Of a stretch of DNA of 64,000 bases, positions 19,266 to 27,567 are shown in pieces. Source of the stretch: Candidatus Cloacimonadales bacterium (lineage in GTDB: Bacteria > Cloacimonadota > Cloacimonadia > Cloacimonadales > JAIOQZ01); the NCBI GenBank assembly GCA_963674825.1, contig OY771587.1, positions 3,168,001-3,232,000 on the forward strand, written 5' to 3'. Below the pieces are notes generated by a model. The model saw only the letters and a program-made list of their open reading frames with translations. It did not search any database and was not told the origin of the DNA. Numbering within the stretch: position 1 is the first letter of the stretch; the number at the start of each line of letters is the position of its first letter. The position numbers and the translations under genes were made by a program.

Positions 19266-19273
19266 GATATTCA

Positions 19274-20755
19274 ATGAAGCTGAAACATAAGCTACGATTA
19301 AACATCTATCTTACGGTACTTGTCGTGCTGATTGCTGGTACGGTGATATTCATTGGCGATCGCGAAGCGAACAGGCTCAGCAAGCTCGCTATCGAAAGCT
19401 CGAATATTGCACGGTCGGTAACAGACCTCGAGATTCTTACTCACCAATACCTCATTTATATCGAAAATGCCTCGGATGATATCTCCGAAACACGGCAGCA
19501 GGATCAGTGGCAGCAGAAATACAATTCGCTGATCCAGCAGCTCAAATCGACCACCTTCATCGATAAAGACGAAATCCGGTTATATCAGCAGATACAGATG
19601 AACATCGGCAAGCTGTATAACCATTATCGTAAGCTTCAGGCTGAGATTCTGAAACGAAACAGGCCCGACTATCAGAAAGAAATTACTCGAGATCGCATCA
19701 CCAGCATGTCGGGTCAGATTCTTGTCGTATCACAGGAACTTGTATCAAATTCGTTCATTTTGCAGAATCTTGTGGAGAAAAAGACCTTTTCTTCGCAGCA
19801 TCGAATCAACCTGATTATACTCTTTCTCAGCTTGTTTTTGGTTATATCGCTGGCAGTCATCAATCAGTTCACGGCATCCGGTGTCATTCGATCGACGGAC
19901 AGCCTGATGAACGATATCGACTATATCTCCGACGGTAACCTCGATTATCAGGTCAAGGTATGGTCGGACGACGAAATCGGTGTTCTTGCCTCGACGATCA
20001 ACCGCATGACCAACAGGCTGAACAACTTGACTACCACGCGGGATAATCTCGTGCAGGAGATAGACGAACGTGTACGGATCGAAGAAGCTTTGAAGGAATC
20101 AAACCAGACACTGGAGACTATTCTGTCCTCTTCACCCATCGGTATTGCCATGATCGACGACGGAAAAGTGCGCTGGGCCAATAGCGGAATGCTCATGATT
20201 TTCTTCTTCGAAGATGAAGGTATGCAAAATGTTCTGTTCCCGACCTTGTTCGCTACAGGCCAGGAATACGAGAAGTTATCGCGCTTGCAAAATGAGATGC
20301 TGCTGAAGAACCTACCTGTCGAAACGGATGTCCTATGCCAGCGTAAAGACGGTAGTAAATTCCCAGCGCATATCAAGATCAGCCGCATCGATAAAGACGA
20401 GACACGCGGTCGCCTGATTGTTACCATATCGGATGAATCATGGCGCAAGATGGCGGAAGCGGAACGGCTTGCGAAAGAGCGGCTTGAAGTGACGCTCGAA
20501 CTGGCAGGCGCTGTGTGCCACGAAATGAATCAACCGTTACAGTACCTTTCCAGCGTTATCGAACTGCGAACGATGAATGAAAAATCTCCGGAAGGAATCA
20601 AGACCCTCGAAAAACTCAAGAGTCAGGTTGACCGGCTTGCTGAGATTACAGACAAGCTTCAGCATATCACACATGTTGAAACACAGGACTACATCGATGG
20701 GAACAAGATCCTCGATCTGGAAAGCTCATCCGATTTTGACAATCTACATGAATAA
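19274..20755 (+). CDS. Membrane sensor: 2 TM, periplasmic helical domain, HAMP, PAS, HisKA-like phosphoacceptor; no HATPase domain
   Basis: GNLDYQV....DDEIGVLASTINRMT (HAMP); RKDGSKFP (PAS); LAGAVCHEMNQPLQ (H-box); stop about 75 aa later. Confidence 0.85.
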   Translation: MKLKHKLRLNIYLTVLVVLIAGTVIFIGDREANRLSKLAIESSNIARSVTDLEILTHQYLIYIENASDDISETRQQDQWQQKYNSLIQQLKSTTFIDKDEIRLYQQIQMNIGKLYNHYRKLQAEILKRNRPDYQKEITRDRITSMSGQILVVSQELVSNSFILQNLVEKKTFSSQHRINLIILFLSLFLVISLAVINQFTASGVIRSTDSLMNDIDYISDGNLDYQVKVWSDDEIGVLASTINRMTNRLNNLTTTRDNLVQEIDERVRIEEALKESNQTLETILSSSPIGIAMIDDGKVRWANSGMLMIFFFEDEGMQNVLFPTLFATGQEYEKLSRLQNEMLLKNLPVETDVLCQRKDGSKFPAHIKISRIDKDETRGRLIVTISDESWRKMAEAERLAKERLEVTLELAGAVCHEMNQPLQYLSSVIELRTMNEKSPEGIKTLEKLKSQVDRLAEITDKLQHITHVETQDYIDGNKILDLESSSDFDNLHE

Positions 20756-21485
20756 AATCATTATCATCATCCTTATCATGGCGATTGCATGCAGCGTTTT
20801 CGCCAATGATACGCAACATCGACTCAATGCCGATTCGAAGGCTGTCAGCAATGCGCTTCTCGCCACAGCTGCCGGATCGATCGTACTCGTCCTCTTTCCC
20901 GGCTGGATGTTGGGCGACGAACTCTCCGACCGGTATGGCTATCAGGATTATCCCTTTGCAAAAGACGACGGCTTCAAGATTCCTCAAGGGCAATCATGGG
21001 ATTTTTACCTGTCTGCGAACGATCGTCTTGGTGATGAGGCAGGTGAGAATTTTCGTTTCAAGTTTGAATCGAGTTGGAAACGTGTTGTGCTTGAGACGGA
21101 ATATCAGCAGTTCACCTTTGTAGACGTCGAGGCGATTGGTAGTGAATTGCAGATCATGCCGTCGTTTATCTTTGCACACAACGAGTATGTTGATTTCCGC
21201 CTATGCGCGGGATATTCGCTGTATGGGATGGATACTGAAGGCTCTTCCTTGGATGTCGCATACAAGATAAGGGCGTACAGAAAGCCGATGTTCTACAAGC
21301 TGAGTGCGGAGAATTGCTTCTACTTCGACGAGGAAGACAACGATAACAACGACCAGTTCCAACGGGTGCAGGTTGCGGCGGGATATATTTACAATCGATT
21401 CGAGATCAACCTCGAATACGAATACAGGTTCATGTTTGAGGAAGTAAGTCACACCGCCCGGCTCGGTTTCGGTGTCTGGCTGTAA
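20748..21485 (+). CDS. Hypothetical exported protein, probable small outer-membrane beta-barrel
   Basis: Start at ATG 20748 gives signal peptide MNKIIIIILIMAIACSVFA; alternating aromatic strands; C-terminus ARLGFGVWL; overlaps the sensor stop by 8 nt. Confidence 0.65.
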   Translation: MNKIIIIILIMAIACSVFANDTQHRLNADSKAVSNALLATAAGSIVLVLFPGWMLGDELSDRYGYQDYPFAKDDGFKIPQGQSWDFYLSANDRLGDEAGENFRFKFESSWKRVVLETEYQQFTFVDVEAIGSELQIMPSFIFAHNEYVDFRLCAGYSLYGMDTEGSSLDVAYKIRAYRKPMFYKLSAENCFYFDEEDNDNNDQFQRVQVAAGYIYNRFEINLEYEYRFMFEEVSHTARLGFGVWL

Positions 21486-21490
21486 TAATT

Positions 21491-21673
21491 CTCCTTCGGA
21501 TCACCAATCTCATGCATTAAGAATAGCTTGCTGTAGCTGTTTCCTTTGGATCGCCAAGCTCAAGCAATAGGCATTTTTTACTGAAGCATTTCTTTTTGGA
21601 TCGACAAGCTCAAGCAATAGGCATTTTTTCTGAAGCAATTCTCTTTGGATCGCCAAGCTCCAGCTTGGCATCT
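21491..21673. repeat. Tandem ~50-bp repeat, about 3.6 copies, built on a REP-like palindrome
   Basis: Units start at 21491, 21541, 21591 and ~21640; core TTTGGATCGCCAAGCTCAAGCAATAGGCATTTTTT; the last unit holds the intact palindrome GCCAAGCT-CC-AGCTTGGC. Confidence 0.85.
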
Positions 21674-24559
21674 CTATTTCAACAGCAATGCCTTGCTTCT
21701 GTAATTCCTGACATCAATCTTCAGATTCAACAAGTAGACACCGCTTGATACCGCTTTTTGTCTGCGATCCCTGCCATCCCATTCGATACGGTGATCGCCT
21801 GCATTCATCTGTTCATCGCATAGTGTTGTGATCAACTGGCCTCTGATGTTGTAAACGCTCAACACGACGTGTGAATTAGTGGGCAGCGAGAATCGCACGG
21901 ATGTCTCCGGATTGAACGGGTTGGGCGATACGCTCAGACCTGGATCCCAAATAGGCGTCAGGTCGCTTTCATCGCAGCCTGTTGCGTGGTAGTCAAGATA
22001 TTGGATATATTGTTGAGCATTGTTATTATCGCCACGGTAGTCCTTCCAGGTAAGGAAATAGCGCCTGTTAGTGGAGCGGATGATGTTAAGTTCCGATTGC
22101 TCACCGGGTAGATTGCATACAGTGAGTTCGTTTTCCCATAAATTGCCATTGTAATTCACGTGCTGTAACATCAAATCCCCTTCTTCGCCGTATGAGCATC
22201 CCACGAGATATCCATCAGGTGTGGGAACGACATCCTCCAACCTGATATCCGATTTCACGATGGTGAGTGGCGAATCCCAAATCGGTTCGCCGTGCATAGT
22301 GAAGGATTGAATATACACTTCGTCGAAAGTACGCCAGAAGACATAGAGGTTCTTGCCGTTGATCTCCAGCATTGGTGTGAATATGTTACTTGTGGTCACG
22401 AGTGGATCACCGTCGAACCATCGCATGGAACCGTCGCGGCCTACAACCTGTAATCGAATGCTTTTATCGCCATTTTCATACATGAGCCAGACAAGAACCA
22501 AGCCATCTTCTGTGTTGATTACGTTCCAGAAGGTGTTCAATCCGATAACCCGCGTCACCAAATGGCCTTTTATATCCCAACCTTCACAGGGTGAGCCGTC
22601 CTGCGCTAATCGCAACGCGCGGAAGCCGTTTTCTGCCCATAGGATATAATCGTCCTCGATCGCAACGAGAAGGGGGTGTTCGGTGATAGCTCCGCCGATC
22701 GTTATCGGCTCTTGCCAGAACAACTCACCATCTATGATCTTCTGAAACTTGATCCGCGATTGCTCGCCATCATCGAAATCCCAGCCTACTTCGATTACTC
22801 CCTGGTAAAGCTGCGTCGATAAATTTCTGATGGGCGTGATTTCGCTTGAAGTCCCCTGATCCAGTACAATATCGTTGCTCCATATCCGGGAGCAATTGGC
22901 GTTAAACCGGTTCGCGAGCAGTTGGTATTGCCCATCGATTTCATTTATCCAGAAAATGATGAAATCATCCTGAATGGGGAAGATGTCCAGCACAGGATCG
23001 ATTAAATTCAGTTCTTTCAATAACGGTTTCTCGTATGGTTGAGCGGAGATTTCGCCGTTGCTGTCGATCGATTGCATATAGAATACATCTTTCTCGCTGG
23101 AATACCATGTGAAAAAGAGGTTGTCTGTTGCCGTGTCCTCTCGCTCAGCAAAGGTCATAGAAGACATGACATCGTCGATCCCACTGTAGTAGGTTATGCT
23201 CTCGTCGTCGAACAGAGCGATACCGTTGGATAAGAACATCTGCCGGTTGAATGCGTAGTTGACATCGCTGGTATCCGACCAGAGCAGAAGATTATTGTTA
23301 TTGCTGATCACGTGGCATGGCCAGGACATGTTTCCGCATCCTTCTGCGACGACAACACCATGGTCACCCCAAAGCGCATTTCCGTTCATGTTATATTTCT
23401 GGAGACGCAGGCTATAGTTATCCAATGCATAAGTGTATTCAGCCCAGCTTTGATACAAGCTACCATCAATACCTAACTGCAGGGTCATACGGGCAATCGA
23501 GCAACGAATACCGCATGAATGGAGTTGGTTATCCCAGCATAGTTGGTTTGCAGAATCAATCTTCTGAGCATTCACATTGTCATAATCTTTGAAGGAACTT
23601 GACCAGCCGATATAGACATTTCCTGAAGCATCACTGATAAAATCATTAGCTCCGAAGTAGCTATAGCTTTGTCCGATATGCGCAGGCTCGATTGGAAGAA
23701 GATTACCGTCGATGTCCATGCGATACAGGTCGAATCCATAGCCGTAGAGCTTTGATTTCAGTAAAGCAAACTGATCGGTTCCGGCGGGGATAATCTCGAT
23801 TCCTGCGTTTTCGCCCAGTTCCATGATTTCCACGATACCGTTTTCACCCCAGGGCATGGATCCATCCGGCAGGATGCGTTGCCCGATGAGGTTGTGATCG
23901 TCACCGAGGTAGCCACAGGCGATGACGCCTCCCTGGCAATCTGAGCAGGCTGATATCCCATAGGCAAGATCTGGATCTGAGTTGAAAAGCTCGATTGATT
24001 CAGAATCCCAGAGGAGTTCACCATTTGATCCGATACGAAAGAGATTGTATGATGCGTCTGGGTAATCCAGCGAGCCAATAATCAGATATATACCGCCCTC
24101 TTGATCTGGAACAATCGTGTAATTCATGATTGTATTTACTAAAGCACATTGCAGAGCAAGTGGTTCCGTCCATAACGGGATGCCATTAAGATCGATCTTA
24201 TTCAACATGATGGTATCGGAATTGTAATCTCCGTAATAGGCAGAAACGATCATATTACCATCACAGGTACAGTCAAGCCTTGGCCCCCTGAGCGGGAGAT
24301 CGGTATCGAATATCATTTGTGGCTCAGGCCACATCTCATCACCGTATTCATCGAAACGCATTGCCCAGACATCCATGCTCGAATTGGTTATTTCTGTCCA
24401 GCAGGTGATCGTCGATCCATCGTCACTTTGTGCGGAATATCCAGAATATTGAAAGTCCTTTTCGTTAGCGAGCGGAATCCCGTTTTCCTGCCAGAGGTAT
24501 GGCTGTGCAGAAAGCACGCTGAAGAACAGAAGCAATAGAAACAATTGCATTTTTCGCAT
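21674..24559 (-). CDS. P1: secreted acidic multi-repeat (predicted double beta-propeller) protein with FlgD-Ig/T9SS-like CTD
   Basis: Signal peptide, LWQENGIPL start, ~55-aa W-anchored repeats, SPNPFNPET...RSKALLLK. Confidence 0.88.
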   Translation of the reverse strand: MRKMQLFLLLLFFSVLSAQPYLWQENGIPLANEKDFQYSGYSAQSDDGSTITCWTEITNSSMDVWAMRFDEYGDEMWPEPQMIFDTDLPLRGPRLDCTCDGNMIVSAYYGDYNSDTIMLNKIDLNGIPLWTEPLALQCALVNTIMNYTIVPDQEGGIYLIIGSLDYPDASYNLFRIGSNGELLWDSESIELFNSDPDLAYGISACSDCQGGVIACGYLGDDHNLIGQRILPDGSMPWGENGIVEIMELGENAGIEIIPAGTDQFALLKSKLYGYGFDLYRMDIDGNLLPIEPAHIGQSYSYFGANDFISDASGNVYIGWSSSFKDYDNVNAQKIDSANQLCWDNQLHSCGIRCSIARMTLQLGIDGSLYQSWAEYTYALDNYSLRLQKYNMNGNALWGDHGVVVAEGCGNMSWPCHVISNNNNLLLWSDTSDVNYAFNRQMFLSNGIALFDDESITYYSGIDDVMSSMTFAEREDTATDNLFFTWYSSEKDVFYMQSIDSNGEISAQPYEKPLLKELNLIDPVLDIFPIQDDFIIFWINEIDGQYQLLANRFNANCSRIWSNDIVLDQGTSSEITPIRNLSTQLYQGVIEVGWDFDDGEQSRIKFQKIIDGELFWQEPITIGGAITEHPLLVAIEDDYILWAENGFRALRLAQDGSPCEGWDIKGHLVTRVIGLNTFWNVINTEDGLVLVWLMYENGDKSIRLQVVGRDGSMRWFDGDPLVTTSNIFTPMLEINGKNLYVFWRTFDEVYIQSFTMHGEPIWDSPLTIVKSDIRLEDVVPTPDGYLVGCSYGEEGDLMLQHVNYNGNLWENELTVCNLPGEQSELNIIRSTNRRYFLTWKDYRGDNNNAQQYIQYLDYHATGCDESDLTPIWDPGLSVSPNPFNPETSVRFSLPTNSHVVLSVYNIRGQLITTLCDEQMNAGDHRIEWDGRDRRQKAVSSGVYLLNLKIDVRNYRSKALLLK

Positions 24560-24568
24560 CGGACTTCC

Positions 24569-27442
24569 TTATTTCAATAGAAGCGTCTTGTGGTGGTAGT
24601 CTTTACCTTCGATATTCAGATTTATCAGATAGACACCGCTTGATACCGCTTTCTGTCTGCGATCCCTGCCATCCCATTCGATACGGTGATCGCCTGCATT
24701 CATCTGTTCATCGCATAGTGTATTGACCAACTGGCCTCTGATGTTGTAAACGTTCAGCTTTACACTCGATTTTACAGGTAGCGAGAACCTGATTGACGTC
24801 TCGGGATTGAACGGGTTGGGCGATACACTCAGTCCTGGATTCCAAACAGGCGTAAGGTCGCTTTCGTCGCAGTCGGTGGCGTAGTAGTCCAAATATTGCA
24901 CATAGAGATCGTCATACGAGAAATAATTACGCTGATCGCTCCAGACAATGAAGTAGCCGCCGTTTGTCGAGCGGATGATGTTCAAGTCTGCTTTCTCCTG
25001 TGGCACATTGCATGGGTATAGATTCGCAGACCACAGGTTACCGTTGTAATCGATGTGCTGCAAGAAGATATCGGCGCAATCGCTTTCATTCATATAACTG
25101 CATCCGATCAAATACCCGTCAGGGGTAGCGGTGACATCTTCGAGTTTAATTTGCGATTCGCTAATATCTACGGGTTCATTCCAAAGCGGTTCGCCGTGCA
25201 GCGTGAATGCCTGCACTTGCAGTTTTCCCTGGGTGCGCCAAAATACGTAGGCGTCTTTGCTGTTGATCTTCAGTATTGGAGTGTAGAGTTGGTTCTGGTC
25301 AATGATGGGGTCACCATCGAACCAGCGAAGCCTGCCGTCGGGACTCACAACCTGAAGCCGGATGGTTCTGTCACCATTATAGCGCATGAGCCATAAGATT
25401 GCCAACCCATCCTCGGTGTTGACCGCGTTCCACTCGGAATTTGTCTCTTCGACGGTAGTCACCAGCAATCCTTCAGTGTCCCATCCGGGATAGGGGGTGC
25501 CGTTATCCTGGATTCTCAGGACGCGTGGTCCGTTTTCTTCCCATAGGATGTATTCGTCCTCGATGCAGAGCAGTTCGCTGTTGCTGGAGAGTGTGCCGCC
25601 AATATCGATCGGGTCGTCCCATGCGGGTTCGTCGTTGACGAGCATGAGCATCTTGATCTGATCGACGTTGTTGGAATGAGCAGTCCAGGCGATAATAAGT
25701 TTACTCCCATCCTGCTTCGCCAGTACGTTGTTAAACGAACCTTCACTCTGGCCAACACCATCCAGGAAAAGATCGTTAGGCCACTGGCGTTGCCCGTTCT
25801 GGTCAAAACGATTCGCACGCAGTTGCGTCTGAGCGCTTGTCATATAGGTCCAGACAATAATCGTATCGTCCTGCAAGGGGAGCATCGTTTTTACTTGATT
25901 CGAATTCGAGAAATCTTCGTGGATCACCTGCCCATACGGCAGGACTGAGAAATTACCATCGCTATCGATTGACTGCATGTTGAGCGTGAAGTCATTGTAA
26001 GCCCACCAGGTATAGTATAGTCTCTCTACTGCGTAATCCTCGCGTTCGGCCACCGTGTACTCATGCGTGTAGCCATCGAAACAGCTAAAAAGCACCATGC
26101 CCTCGTCATCGTATTGAAGCGCACCGCTGCAAGTGACCCGTTGCCGCTGGATGGATGATATAACCCCTCGCTGATCCTGCCACACAAGCACAAGATTGTC
26201 GTCGATGTATTGTAAGCACGTGTAGCTGATATCGTCCATGCCATCGCTGATCTCGAGACCTTCCGTTCCCCATAACGGTTCTCCTTCCGAATTGAATTTC
26301 AACAGGCTCATTTTTACGTCGTAATTGTCGAAGTAAAACCACGACTGATAGATATTTCCTTCGTCGTCGAAGACAACACTGGGCCGAGCATAGTATCCTG
26401 AATCATCGGTAACAGTATGGCTGTAGTACCAGCATGACAGGCAATCCTGATCGAACTTTTCCATGTGGATAGCAGGATGTCCATCGTCACGGCTCGACCA
26501 GACAAAGTAAGTATTTCCTTCCTCATCGGAGACGAGCTTATTCCAGCCATAAGTGTTGAAATCCCCTCCAGAGGCGACAGGATCACCGCACAGATTGCCG
26601 TCGATATCCAATCGCTGAATAAATAGGTTGAAATTGTCTGTATCGCAGCTGATCGTCGTGAAATGCCCATCCCCGGTAGGTACGATGTCCATCACGTCCG
26701 TGTTGTCTCTGTTTCCAATATAGATTACACCGTCATCGTCCCAGGGTGATGATCCGTCCGGCATGATGCGCTGGGCAACAAAGTAATAAGGGCCTATAAT
26801 CGTGCAGGCGATGATACCGCCTTCGCCATCCGCGCAAGTCTGGCATGGTGTCAATGTAAACTCGCCATCGAAGAGGTCAATTCCCCCCGGTTGCCAGAGG
26901 ATCTCACCACCTCCGCTTATTCGCTGAATGGACTGCTGATTGTATTCATATCCCACAGATTTGAACACGAGATAAACGCCATCATTATCGTCTGATATCA
27001 TCTGGAAAAATAACTCGCCGTATTCAAAAGGATTTTCGAGGTCAATTGGTTCGGGCCACAGCGAATCGCCGTTCCAATCGATCTTGCTCATGGTCATCGT
27101 TCGTTCAACAGCGTCGTATTCTAATGCGGCAATTACCAGATTTCCATCATTAATCTGCACGATCTGTGGACCTGATAGAGAATAGACCGAGTCGAGAATC
27201 TTACGCGGACTGTCCCAAATAGGTTCGCCAAGTTCGTCCATATACATAGCCCAGATGTCATGGCTTGCGTCGATGGTTTCACACCAATAAATGAGGAATG
27301 TGCCGTCACCTCGTTGGACGGAGTCTCCAATATAATACAGATTATGATTGAAGCTGAGGCTGATGCCATTATCCTGCCACAAGAAAGGTTCTGCGAAAAG
27401 CGTGCTGATTGACAGTGCCAGAAGCGAGATTAGTGTTCTCAT
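24569..27442 (-). CDS. P2: paralog of P1
   Basis: Same architecture; GGAGG RBS; 9 nt upstream of P1. Confidence 0.88.
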   Translation of the reverse strand: MRTLISLLALSISTLFAEPFLWQDNGISLSFNHNLYYIGDSVQRGDGTFLIYWCETIDASHDIWAMYMDELGEPIWDSPRKILDSVYSLSGPQIVQINDGNLVIAALEYDAVERTMTMSKIDWNGDSLWPEPIDLENPFEYGELFFQMISDDNDGVYLVFKSVGYEYNQQSIQRISGGGEILWQPGGIDLFDGEFTLTPCQTCADGEGGIIACTIIGPYYFVAQRIMPDGSSPWDDDGVIYIGNRDNTDVMDIVPTGDGHFTTISCDTDNFNLFIQRLDIDGNLCGDPVASGGDFNTYGWNKLVSDEEGNTYFVWSSRDDGHPAIHMEKFDQDCLSCWYYSHTVTDDSGYYARPSVVFDDEGNIYQSWFYFDNYDVKMSLLKFNSEGEPLWGTEGLEISDGMDDISYTCLQYIDDNLVLVWQDQRGVISSIQRQRVTCSGALQYDDEGMVLFSCFDGYTHEYTVAEREDYAVERLYYTWWAYNDFTLNMQSIDSDGNFSVLPYGQVIHEDFSNSNQVKTMLPLQDDTIIVWTYMTSAQTQLRANRFDQNGQRQWPNDLFLDGVGQSEGSFNNVLAKQDGSKLIIAWTAHSNNVDQIKMLMLVNDEPAWDDPIDIGGTLSSNSELLCIEDEYILWEENGPRVLRIQDNGTPYPGWDTEGLLVTTVEETNSEWNAVNTEDGLAILWLMRYNGDRTIRLQVVSPDGRLRWFDGDPIIDQNQLYTPILKINSKDAYVFWRTQGKLQVQAFTLHGEPLWNEPVDISESQIKLEDVTATPDGYLIGCSYMNESDCADIFLQHIDYNGNLWSANLYPCNVPQEKADLNIIRSTNGGYFIVWSDQRNYFSYDDLYVQYLDYYATDCDESDLTPVWNPGLSVSPNPFNPETSIRFSLPVKSSVKLNVYNIRGQLVNTLCDEQMNAGDHRIEWDGRDRRQKAVSSGVYLINLNIEGKDYHHKTLLLK

Positions 27443-27503
27443 AATATCCCTCCATAAGCATTGCCGGAAACAAATAGAAGAATTACCCTACCAAACAATG
27501 GTC

Positions 27504-27556
27504 ATAATACAACGATACTCTCCTGCTGTCAATAAAACTTACAGGAGAGTATCGTT
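27504..27556 (-). promoter_or_regulatory. Sigma70-type promoter overlapped by a perfect 15-bp inverted repeat
   Basis: TTGACA (27532-27527)-N17-TATTAT (27509-27504); arms AACGATACTCTCCTG 27511-27525 and CAGGAGAGTATCGTT 27542-27556; 16-nt loop. Confidence 0.7.
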
Positions 27557-27567
27557 AATATTTCTGG

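Noticed and set aside
21491..21673. Possible CRISPR array
   Set aside because: The would-be spacers are copies of each other, so it is a tandem repeat.
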